Position numbers and translations under genes: made by a program. A DNA stretch of 64,000 nt from an uncultured Gemmatimonadales bacterium. GTDB lineage: Bacteria > Gemmatimonadota > Gemmatimonadetes > Gemmatimonadales > GWC2-71-9. Each line of letters begins with the position of its first letter. The stretch's first letter is position 1. Location of the stretch: the NCBI GenBank assembly GCA_963779755.1, contig CAVZZO010000003.1, positions 640,001-704,000 on the forward strand, given 5' to 3'. The notes under the pieces were generated by a model. It was given only the letters and a program-made list of their open reading frames with translations, was not told the origin of the DNA and searched no databases. Of this stretch, positions 8,556-16,781 are shown in pieces.

Positions 8556-10277
8556 GTGCGACCTGGAACTGCTTTCTCCCTGCTGCTCCTGGCCACGGCG
8601 GCATGCGCCGGCCCCGGCGCTCCCGCTCCCGCCGCCATCTCCGGCATCAACCCCGACTGGGCTCTGCAGGGCAAGGCGCGGGTCGAAGACGGCACCAACG
8701 GCATGGTAGTCTCCGGCAGCCCCATCGCGAGCCAGGTCGGCCGCGATATCCTGCTGCAGGGCGGTAACGCGGTGGACGCGGCGGTGGCGGTCGGCATGGC
8801 GCTCGCCGTGGTGCACCCCTCCGCCGGAAACATCGGCGGCGGCGGTTTCATGATCATCCATCTGGGCGATAGCGTTCTGGCGCTGGACTACCGGGAGACG
8901 GCGCCGGGTGGCGCGACCCGCGACATGTACCTCGACCACAACGGCACCCCGTCCAACCTGAGCATCACCGGCGCATTGTCCACCGGCGTGCCGGGATCGG
9001 TGGCCGGCATGCTGGAAGCGCACCGGCGTTTCGGCAAGCTCCCGCTCGAACGGATCATGGCTCCGGCCATCCGGCTGGCGCGCGAGGGATTCGTGGTGGA
9101 CGAGTTCCGCAGTCATTCGCTCGACAATGACCGCGACCGGCTGTACCTCTTCCCCGCCTCCCGCCGCAACTACCTCCCGGGCGGCCATGCCCCGCCGCCC
9201 GGCTCGACCTTCGTGCAACCGGAACTGGCCCGCACCCTGACGGCCATCCGGGACAGCGGCTGGGCCGGCTTCTACCGGGGCTGGGTGGCCGACAGCATCG
9301 TGGCCGAGATGCAGCGGGACGGCGGCCTCATCAGCTTCGAGGATCTGGCCTCGTATCACGCCATCTGGCGGCAGCCGGTCCGGATCAGTTACCGCGGGTA
9401 CACCATCTACTCCATGCCCCCCGCCTCCAGCGGCGGCGTCACGCTGGGCGAAATCCTGAACATCATGGAGGGCTACGACCCCCTCCCGCCCTTCGGTTCG
9501 CCCGCCCTGCTGCACCGCGAAGCGGAGGCCATGCGGCGCGCCTTCACCGACCGCAACGAATTCCTGGGCGACCCGGCATTCGTCCAGATGCCGCTGGACC
9601 GGCTGCTCTCCAAGCAGTACGCCGACTCCCTGCGGGAGACGATCGACCCCGGGCACGCCACCCGGACGGCGGCCTTCCGGCCGGGGCTCAGCACCAGCAC
9701 CCAGACGACCCATTATTCGGTGGTGGACGCCGACGGCAATGCCGTCAGCTGCACCACCACCCTCAATAACAGCTACGGCAGCGCCGTCACCGTCTCCGGC
9801 GCGGGTTTCCTGCTGAACGACGAAATGGACGATTTCGCCAGCGCGCCCGGCAAGCCCAATATGTACGGCCTGGTGCAGGGCGAGGCCAACGCCATCGCGC
9901 CGGGCAAACGGATGCTCTCCGCCATGACGCCGAGCATCGTCTTCGACCCCCGGCAGCAGCTCTTCATGGTAGTGGGAACTCCGGGGGGCCCGACCATCAT
10001 TACGCAGGTCTATCACGTGATCAGCAACGTGATTGATCATCACATGGGGCTGCCGGACGCCGTGGACGCGCCCAGAATGCACCACCAGGGGCTGCCGGAC
10101 CGGATGCAGGTCGAGCGGAACGGGTTCCGGCCCGCGGCCATCGATCAGCTGGAGGCCATGGGCCACCACATCAGCGACCGCGGCTACATGGGCGATGTCG
10201 AGGCGATCATCCGGACCGATCGCGGCTGGGAAGGGGTAAGCGATCCGCGGTTGGGCGGAGGCGGAGCGGGATATTGA
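8556..10277 (+). CDS. ggt: gamma-glutamyltransferase (probable lipoprotein)
   Basis: GGNAVDAAVA, GIGGGGF-like, DYRE, catalytic TTHYSVVD, PGKRMLSAMTP; GTG start chosen for signal peptide ending TAAC. Confidence 0.93.
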   Translation: MRPGTAFSLLLLATAACAGPGAPAPAAISGINPDWALQGKARVEDGTNGMVVSGSPIASQVGRDILLQGGNAVDAAVAVGMALAVVHPSAGNIGGGGFMIIHLGDSVLALDYRETAPGGATRDMYLDHNGTPSNLSITGALSTGVPGSVAGMLEAHRRFGKLPLERIMAPAIRLAREGFVVDEFRSHSLDNDRDRLYLFPASRRNYLPGGHAPPPGSTFVQPELARTLTAIRDSGWAGFYRGWVADSIVAEMQRDGGLISFEDLASYHAIWRQPVRISYRGYTIYSMPPASSGGVTLGEILNIMEGYDPLPPFGSPALLHREAEAMRRAFTDRNEFLGDPAFVQMPLDRLLSKQYADSLRETIDPGHATRTAAFRPGLSTSTQTTHYSVVDADGNAVSCTTTLNNSYGSAVTVSGAGFLLNDEMDDFASAPGKPNMYGLVQGEANAIAPGKRMLSAMTPSIVFDPRQQLFMVVGTPGGPTIITQVYHVISNVIDHHMGLPDAVDAPRMHHQGLPDRMQVERNGFRPAAIDQLEAMGHHISDRGYMGDVEAIIRTDRGWEGVSDPRLGGGGAGY

Positions 10278-10280
10278 ACA

Positions 10281-10390
10281 GCAGGGACCAGGGACCAGGA
10301 ATCAGGAATCAGGAATCAGGAATCAGGGGGCCCGGAGAGCACTTCGGACCCCCTGTTTCTTGTCCCTGGTTCCAGGTCCCTGGTCCCTGC
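10281..10390. repeat. inverted tandem repeat, 7-nt unit CAGGAAT/CAGGGAC
   Basis: 6-7 heptamers at 10282-10329, reverse-complement GTCCCTG arm at 10351-10389; between convergent stops. Confidence 0.92.
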
Positions 10391-10391
10391 C

Positions 10392-11132
10392 TTACAGCGT
10401 CAGTTTCTGCGTCAGCGTCAGCACGATCCTGGCGCCCTGCGGCACGACCACATCCCGGTCGGCCGTCTCTACCGCCACGCCTGTTCCCACTGCGGCGCCC
10501 ACCACACCACCGATGATCGCGCCCTTGCTGTTGCCGCTCAGGACCCGCCCGGCGATGGCCCCGGCGGCCGCGCCGGCGCCGACCTTGGCGGCGTCACCCG
10601 CCGTCACGCCGCGGCCCGCCAGATGATGCTCCACCGAGTCGAGGCTGGCGGCCAGGTCGTAACTCTGGCCATTCACCATGATGGTGGCAGGCACCAGCAC
10701 GATCTTCCCATCCTTCTGGCTCTTGTTCTCCGCGGGCTCGATCTGGGTGATCGTGAGCTTTACCGTGCTGCCGGAGGGGATCACGACGCGGCCCTGATCG
10801 TCGGTCACGTTCTGGGAGACGGTGGCGTCGAGGGTCTCGCCCGCCTTGTTGCTCTTGCTGCTGATCTCGCTGTTGGCCGTGGCCACGATTTCCGAACCGG
10901 CCGGGAGACTCTGCCCCTTCGCGGTGGTCGACTGGATGCCGGTATTGGACCGGGGACTGGTGGTTCGCGCCGGCGTGGCCGCGGGCCGATCGCCGAGACG
11001 GGCGCCGGTGTCGGCCGGGGCCATCTGGAGGTCACGGTCGAGGCTGTCCGCCATGGCGCTGTCGTTCTTGGGGCGCGCCGAGCAGCCAACGACCGCGGCC
11101 GCGGCGAGTGCCGCCAGAAGAGTCCGTCTCAT
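10392..11132 (-). CDS. lipoprotein with VirB10/TrbI-like beta domain and glycine zipper
   Basis: Lipobox VVGC; LPAGSEI..ISS..VVIPSGS..GAGAAAGAIAG..GAIIGG..DVVVPQG pattern. Confidence 0.75.
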   Translation of the reverse strand: MRRTLLAALAAAAVVGCSARPKNDSAMADSLDRDLQMAPADTGARLGDRPAATPARTTSPRSNTGIQSTTAKGQSLPAGSEIVATANSEISSKSNKAGETLDATVSQNVTDDQGRVVIPSGSTVKLTITQIEPAENKSQKDGKIVLVPATIMVNGQSYDLAASLDSVEHHLAGRGVTAGDAAKVGAGAAAGAIAGRVLSGNSKGAIIGGVVGAAVGTGVAVETADRDVVVPQGARIVLTLTQKLTL

Positions 11133-11279
11133 ACTGCCTCCTTGCTCGTCGTCGATACGCTCACGTGCCCCGCGGACGGTCCCGGGTGCCCGTCACAGCC
11201 CGTCACGCGTGAGTCGGGGGGAAACCGGACAAAAGATGGGGGAGCGAGGGGGAAGCGGCTGTGACGGGAGACACAGGAA

Positions 11280-11347
11280 AGGCGGCAGGAGGCAGGTTGT
11301 ATCCGCTGCGCCCCTGCCGCCCATGTCCGCCTGTACCGCCCTCCGCC
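11280..11347. repeat. degenerate inverted tandem repeat (GGCGGNNNN units)
   Basis: GGCGGCAG arm facing CTGCCGCCC/TGTCCGCC/TACCGCCC/TCCGCC units next to the stop at 11348. Confidence 0.5.
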
Positions 11348-12148
11348 TCAATTGAGCGCGAAGACTTCCTTCAGGGTGATCAGAATCGTCGCCCCGGCGG
11401 GGATCACCACGTCCCGGTCGGCGGTTTCTACTGCCACCCCGGTGCCGACGGCGGCGCCCACCGCCCCACCGATCACGGTGCCCTGCTTGCCGCCCAGGAT
11501 ACGGCCGGCGATGGCACCGCCGACCGCTCCAGCCCCGACCTTGGCCGCGTCGCCCGCCGTCACGCCGCGCCCCTTGAGGTAGTGCTCCACGGAATCGACG
11601 CTGGCGGAGAGTGGGTGGTCTTCCCCGTTGATCCGCACGCTGGTGGGGGTGAGGGCCAGCTTGCCGTCCTTGGCGCTCTTGTTCTCCGCGGGAGCCAGCT
11701 CGGCGATGGTAAAGGTGATCACCGATCCGGCGGGGATGACGACCTGTCCCCTGGCGTCACGAATATCGCTGCCCACCGAGGCGGTCATGCTTTCGCCCGG
11801 CTTGTTGTGCCGGGAGCTGATCGAATCGGTGGCCGCAGCCTGGATGACCGTCCCGGCCGGCAGCACCGAGGGCGCGGGCGCGACCGGCTTCTGCACCGGC
11901 CGGGCGGCCGGCTGTTCCGGCTGCGGCCTGGGCTGCGGTTTCGGCTGCGGCTTCCGCGCCGGAGCGGCCTGGGCCGGAGGGGTGGCCTCCGGGGCCGGTT
12001 GGTCGTTCAGGGTGGCGGAGGTGTCTGCCGGTGCCAGTTGCAGGTCACGGGACAGGCTGTCCGCGCTGGCGGACTGTTGTGCATCTCGGGTTCCGCAGGC
12101 GGCAACAAGGGCAAGCATTGCCGTTCCCGCCAGCAGTCGTGTCCACAT
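11348..12148 (-). CDS. lipoprotein paralog with VirB10/TrbI-like domain, Pro-rich linker and glycine zipper
   Basis: AGGAG SD, lipobox VAAC; shares DSLxRDLQxAPADT, PAENKS, GRGVTAGDAAKVGAGA, VETADRDVV with neighbour. Confidence 0.78.
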   Translation of the reverse strand: MWTRLLAGTAMLALVAACGTRDAQQSASADSLSRDLQLAPADTSATLNDQPAPEATPPAQAAPARKPQPKPQPRPQPEQPAARPVQKPVAPAPSVLPAGTVIQAAATDSISSRHNKPGESMTASVGSDIRDARGQVVIPAGSVITFTIAELAPAENKSAKDGKLALTPTSVRINGEDHPLSASVDSVEHYLKGRGVTAGDAAKVGAGAVGGAIAGRILGGKQGTVIGGAVGAAVGTGVAVETADRDVVIPAGATILITLKEVFALN

Positions 12149-12206
12149 GGGGCATCTCCTCGGGTGTCTTGTCCTGGTGTCCGGGCCCGGTGACATTTCT
12201 CTGTCT

Positions 12207-13964
12207 ATGCGCGCACTCCGGGCCGTCCTGCCGTACATCCGACCCTATTGGAAGATCTATGCCTGGGGACTGGCCCTGACCGTCGTGTCCAACGTCTTTA
12301 CCACGCTGGGCCCTCGCTTTCTGGGCCAGGGTATTGACGCACTGACCCGCGCGGAGGGCTTTCACCCGGTACTCCAGGCCGTGCTCCTCCTCCTGGGCGT
12401 GGCGGTGGCCGGCGGGCTGGCCCGGTTCGGGATGCGCCAGCTGCTCAACAGCGGGAGCCGGCGGGTCGAGTACGACCTGCGGAATGATCTCTTCCGCCAC
12501 CTCACGCGACTATCCCAGGAATTCTACGACCGCTCGGCCACCGGCGACCTCATGGCCCGCAGCACCAATGATCTGCTGGCCGTCCGCATGGCAGCGGGCC
12601 CCGCTGTAATGTACTGCGTGGACACGGTCACGCGCACCTTGCTGGTGGTGCCGTACATGGCGGCCATCAGTTCCCACCTGACGCTGATCTCGCTGGCCCC
12701 GGTGGCACTGCTGCCGTTCGTGATCGTCTTTGCCGGCCAGCGGATTCACCGCCGCTCGCTGGCCATTCAGGCCCAGTTTGCGACCTTGTCCAGCTTCGTG
12801 CACGAAAATCTCTCCGGCGTCCGGATCGTCCGGGCCTATCGCCAGGAGGAGGCGGAAACGGCCCAGTTCCGCGGCCTCAACGACGAATACCTGGCCCGGA
12901 ATGTCGCGCTGGCCCGCGCTTACGGGACCTTCCAGCCGATGATGGCCCTGATGGGCGGCCTGGGGGCGTTGGCGGTGCTCTATTTTGGCGGCGGTATGGT
13001 GATGTCGGGCCGGGTCTCCGCCGGGGAGTTCGTGGCTTTCGGGGTCTATCTCATGACGCTCATCTGGCCCATGGTGGCGCTGGGCTGGGTGATCAATCTG
13101 GTCCAGCGCGGCGCCGCCTCCATGGGCCGGATCATCGCCGTCCTGCGGGAGCAGCCGGCAATCCTCTCGGCCGGACACCCGGCCCCCCTGCCGCCGGCCA
13201 CCGGCGCCAGGCGGCTCACGGCCCAGGGAATCTGGTTCCGGTATCCCAACGCCGCGGACCGGGGCTGGGTCCTTCGCGATATCTCTTTCGATATTGCGCC
13301 CGGGCGATCGCTGGCCATCGTGGGCGCTACCGGCTCGGGGAAGAGCACCCTGGCCGACCTGCTGGTCCGCACCTACGACCCCGACCGGGGCCGGATCCTG
13401 CTGGACGGCATCGACGTGCGGGAACTGGCGCTGGAGGATCTCCGGGGCGAGATCGGCTTCGTGCCGCAGGAAACCTTTCTCTTCAGCGAGACGCTGCGGG
13501 AGAACATTCTCTTCGGCAGCGGGGAAGACGGCCGGCTGGGGCAGGCGGTGGAGACCGCCCAGCTGACCGAGGCCCTGGCCTCGCTCCCCGAGGGATACGA
13601 AACCATGCTGGGGGAGCGGGGGATCAACCTCTCCGGCGGCCAGAAGCAGCGGGCGGCGATCGCCCGGGCGCTGGTGAAGAACCCGCCCGTCTTCGTCCTG
13701 GATGACGCCCTCAGTGCCGTGGACGCGCATACCGAAGCGCGCATCCTGCGCAACCTGCGGAGCGCGCTGGCCGGCCGCACCAGCGTGATCATCTCGCACC
13801 GCCTGGCGGCAGTGCGCGACGCCGATTGGATCCTGGTGCTGGACGGGGGCAGCGTGGTGGAACAGGGGACGCACCAGGAGCTGATCGGGCGCGGCGGCCG
13901 CTACTGGGAACTGCTCCGGCGCCAGCAACTGGAAGAGGAACTGGAGGAAGAGACCGTCCGGTGA
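12207..13964 (+). CDS. ABC exporter, fused permease/ATPase (MdlA/YheI-like)
   Basis: N-terminal TM helices; GATGSGKST, LSGGQKQR, VLDDALSAVD, ISHR. Confidence 0.93.
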   Translation: MRALRAVLPYIRPYWKIYAWGLALTVVSNVFTTLGPRFLGQGIDALTRAEGFHPVLQAVLLLLGVAVAGGLARFGMRQLLNSGSRRVEYDLRNDLFRHLTRLSQEFYDRSATGDLMARSTNDLLAVRMAAGPAVMYCVDTVTRTLLVVPYMAAISSHLTLISLAPVALLPFVIVFAGQRIHRRSLAIQAQFATLSSFVHENLSGVRIVRAYRQEEAETAQFRGLNDEYLARNVALARAYGTFQPMMALMGGLGALAVLYFGGGMVMSGRVSAGEFVAFGVYLMTLIWPMVALGWVINLVQRGAASMGRIIAVLREQPAILSAGHPAPLPPATGARRLTAQGIWFRYPNAADRGWVLRDISFDIAPGRSLAIVGATGSGKSTLADLLVRTYDPDRGRILLDGIDVRELALEDLRGEIGFVPQETFLFSETLRENILFGSGEDGRLGQAVETAQLTEALASLPEGYETMLGERGINLSGGQKQRAAIARALVKNPPVFVLDDALSAVDAHTEARILRNLRSALAGRTSVIISHRLAAVRDADWILVLDGGSVVEQGTHQELIGRGGRYWELLRRQQLEEELEEETVR

Positions 13965-14047
13965 GAAGTGAGGAGTGCGAGGTAAGAGGTATCACGTAAG
14001 CAACGAGAGCACGTCTCACGTATAACGTCCCACGCCTCACGTCTCGC
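13961..14047. repeat. inverted tandem repeat, 7-nt unit GTGAGAA / CACGTCT
   Basis: 4 GTGAG-type heptamers starting at the ABC stop; 5 CACGTCT-type heptamers at 14010-14044. Confidence 0.75.
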
Positions 14048-14049
14048 TT

Positions 14050-14775
14050 TCAGATCCGCTCCTGCACGAATCCCGGCGTGAGCTTCTGCAGCCAGCCGCT
14101 CATGCGGGTAAAGCTGCCGGTCACCAGCAGGAGTCCCACCAGAATCAGCAGGACGCCGCTGGCCCGCTGCACCCAGGGCAGATAGCGGCGGAAGCGCTGA
14201 AACCAGTTGAAGAACGACTCCAGCGCCAGCGCCGCGATCAGGAACGGCACCGCCAGCCCGGCCGAATAGACCGCCAGCAGCAGGACGCCCTGGGAGACCT
14301 GCCCCCGGGTGCTTGCCAGGGTGAGAATCCCGCCCAGGATGGGGCCGATGCACGGGGTCCAGCCGGCGCCGAAGGCGATGCCCACCAGCATGGACCCGAG
14401 ATACCCGACCGGCTTCTCCCGCAGGTCGTAGCGCCGCTCCTGCTGAAAGAACCCCACCTTGACCACATTCAGCAGCACCAGGCCGAAAGCGATGATCAGC
14501 ACGCCCCCGATCCGCTGAATCCAGACCTGGTAGATATTGAGCGCCCGTCCCAGCGCCGTGGCGCCGGCCCCCAGCAGAATAAAGATCAGGGAAAACCCGG
14601 CGACGAAGAGCAGGGCATGCACCAGCGCCAGATGCTTGCGGCCGCGAATGTCTTCCGCGGTGAGGCCGGTCAGGAAGCCGAGGTAGGAGGGCACCAGCGG
14701 CAGCACGCAGGGGGAGAGAAAGCTCAGCAGGCCCGCGGTGAAGGCCACCGCAAAGCCGAGGCTCTGACTTTCCAC
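14050..14775 (-). CDS. ccdA: cytochrome c biogenesis protein CcdA (DsbD TM domain)
   Basis: AGLLSFLSPCVLPLVP and GWTPCIGPIL motifs. Confidence 0.93.
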   Translation of the reverse strand: MESQSLGFAVAFTAGLLSFLSPCVLPLVPSYLGFLTGLTAEDIRGRKHLALVHALLFVAGFSLIFILLGAGATALGRALNIYQVWIQRIGGVLIIAFGLVLLNVVKVGFFQQERRYDLREKPVGYLGSMLVGIAFGAGWTPCIGPILGGILTLASTRGQVSQGVLLLAVYSAGLAVPFLIAALALESFFNWFQRFRRYLPWVQRASGVLLILVGLLLVTGSFTRMSGWLQKLTPGFVQERI

Positions 14776-14793
14776 GTCAGTTCCCTTCCCGGG

Positions 14794-15258
14794 TCATCGG
14801 AGACCCACTTCCCGGCCCTGGCAGGCCCGGCACACACCGTAGACCTGCACCCGGTGCCGTCCGGCACGGAAACCGTGCTCGTCGGCAATCAATCCCAGCA
14901 TCCGGTCGAGCCGCTCGGCGGACACGCCGACGACGGCGCCGCAGCGCTGGCAGATGAGATGCGCCTGCCCTTCGCCCGTGGCAACGGGCTCGTAGCGGCG
15001 GAAGCCTTCACCGAAGTCATGCGTCCGCACCAGGCCGCTCTCCACCAGCAGGTCCAGCGTCCGGTAGACGGTGGCCTGGCCCACCCGCGCGCCGCGCTCG
15101 CGGAGGCGGCGCCGGATGCCGTCCACCGAGGGGCGGTCGCCGGAGCGAAGCACCGCGTCGGCCACCAGCTCGCGCGCGGGCGTCACCGGCTGGCGCTGGT
15201 CCCGGAGAAAGCGGCGGAACCGCTCCAGCAGCAGGCCGGCATCATCCCGCGGCGGCAT
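14794..15258 (-). CDS. Fur family transcriptional regulator
   Basis: VGQATVYRTLDLLVESGLV, HLICQRCG, YGVCRAC. Confidence 0.9.
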   Translation of the reverse strand: MPPRDDAGLLLERFRRFLRDQRQPVTPARELVADAVLRSGDRPSVDGIRRRLRERGARVGQATVYRTLDLLVESGLVRTHDFGEGFRRYEPVATGEGQAHLICQRCGAVVGVSAERLDRMLGLIADEHGFRAGRHRVQVYGVCRACQGREVGLR

Positions 15259-15628
15259 CGTCGGAAGCCTCGAACCATGCCGCCGGGTCCACCGACTCGG
15301 GAAACTCGTCGTCGGCCCGCTTCTCTACCAGGCGAATCAGGTCTTCCACCGTCCCGGGCGGAGCGGCGCCCACCTCCTCCACCACCGCGCTGTAGCGTCC
15401 CCGCTCCTTGCCCTTGATGGTGTGGACGTACCGGGCGGTGTAGACCCGGCGGCGCTCGCCGTCCACCCGGGAAAGCACCGCGGTGCCCCACTCGCGCTGT
15501 TCGTGCCGCAGGGCGCGGAAGACCCAGACCGCGTCGACCTCACCGGCCGGGACCAGGTCCGACGCGGCGGCGGCGAGCCGTTTCCAGCCCTCGCCCAGGG
15601 GAACCTTTACGTCGTCGCGTGTAAGCAT
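15242..15628 (-). CDS. hypothetical protein
   Basis: 128 aa, protein-like composition, overlaps both neighbours in an operon. Confidence 0.65.
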   Translation of the reverse strand: MLTRDDVKVPLGEGWKRLAAAASDLVPAGEVDAVWVFRALRHEQREWGTAVLSRVDGERRRVYTARYVHTIKGKERGRYSAVVEEVGAAPPGTVEDLIRLVEKRADDEFPESVDPAAWFEASDDAAAG

Positions 15629-16701
15629 TGTTCGGTATACCCGCGCAGCACGTGCATGAAGTCCTGCGCGTTGGTCACCACCCCATAGGCCTGGTGGGTA
15701 CCGCGGTCGCGCAGCTTGTTGACCACGAATTCGGTCTGGTCGACGCAGATGGTCATGAGGGGGACAGGCACACCGCCCCGGTGCGTATGGTAGGCGGGCA
15801 GCATGTTGCCCACCGCGATCGCATGCAGGGCGCTGGCCACCAGCACGGCGCCGGTGGCGCGGACCGTGTGCTCCCTCATGGCGTCCTGCGCCTGCAGAGC
15901 ATCGCTGAGGACGCCGGGCAACGGTCCGTCGTCACGAATGGAGCCGGCCAGCACGTAGGGCACCTTTTCGGTGACCAGCGCATGCATGATGCCGCTCTGG
16001 ATCACCCCCTGCTCCACTGCCCGTTCGATCGAACCGCAGGCGCGCACCCGGTTGATGGCCCGCATGTGCAGCCCGTGGCCCCCACGGGTCGGCTTGCCCT
16101 GGTCGGACATGCCCAGGGTGGTGCCGTAGATGGCGGCTTCGATGTCGTGCACCGCCACTGCGTTGCCCGCCAGCACCGCCTGCACGAATCCGTTCCGGAT
16201 GAACCACTCGAAGTCCTGCCGGGCCCGGCTATGCACCAGCGCCGGGCCGGTGACCCAGACCAGGTAGCCGCCGGCCCTGGTTTCCTCGACCAGGCGGCCG
16301 GCCAGTTCCTCGTAGTTGACCGGCCGTTCGCGACTGACCTCGGTGGCCATGAACTGGAACTCATTGGCGCCGTGGGAGCCGCCCAGGAACCCCTCGGTAT
16401 GGACGTAGATGCCTTCGCTGCCGTCTTCCGCCATCCCCATGGCCACCTGGTCGCCCTGGCGCAGGCGCCGCGGCTCGACCGTCTCCAGCACCGAACCGCG
16501 GCGGACGATGGCGCAGTCCATCCGGGGCCGCGAGGGCATCCGCCACTCGCCGGCCAGGCGCACATAGGTGGGAAGATTGGACGTGGAGAAGAAGCCGTCC
16601 GGCAGCACGCCGTCGGCGGGAAGGGGAGCGAAACGCGCGTCCGGCGCGTCGGCCAGCGGTGGGCGGCTGAAATCGGGCGCCTGGTATGTGGGTGCGGTCA
16701 T
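15607..16701 (-). CDS. LOR/SDH-domain (TIGR00300-like) protein, putative ornithine cyclodeaminase
   Basis: DGVLPDGFFSTSNLPT, RMDC, FQFM..VSRERP, AGNAVAVHD, LAGSIRDDGPLP, KLRDRGT motifs. Confidence 0.8.
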   Translation of the reverse strand: MTAPTYQAPDFSRPPLADAPDARFAPLPADGVLPDGFFSTSNLPTYVRLAGEWRMPSRPRMDCAIVRRGSVLETVEPRRLRQGDQVAMGMAEDGSEGIYVHTEGFLGGSHGANEFQFMATEVSRERPVNYEELAGRLVEETRAGGYLVWVTGPALVHSRARQDFEWFIRNGFVQAVLAGNAVAVHDIEAAIYGTTLGMSDQGKPTRGGHGLHMRAINRVRACGSIERAVEQGVIQSGIMHALVTEKVPYVLAGSIRDDGPLPGVLSDALQAQDAMREHTVRATGAVLVASALHAIAVGNMLPAYHTHRGGVPVPLMTICVDQTEFVVNKLRDRGTHQAYGVVTNAQDFMHVLRGYTEQCLHATT

Positions 16702-16770
16702 ATCGCGGGGGAAAGCTAGGGATGCAGAGAGGGCGATTCAAGCGAGCCGGGCTCCCGCACCGGATGCCGC

Positions 16771-16776
16771 TATACT
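16771..16776 (+). promoter_or_regulatory. -10 element TATACT directly before the TonB receptor ATG (leaderless-type)
   Basis: TATACT, 5 nt, then ATG at 16782; no SD in between. Confidence 0.55.
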
Positions 16777-16781
16777 CCAGC

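Noticed and set aside
10274..10516. 80-aa ORF MNSRDQGPGIRNQESGIR
   Set aside because: Translation of the heptamer repeat running antisense into a real gene.
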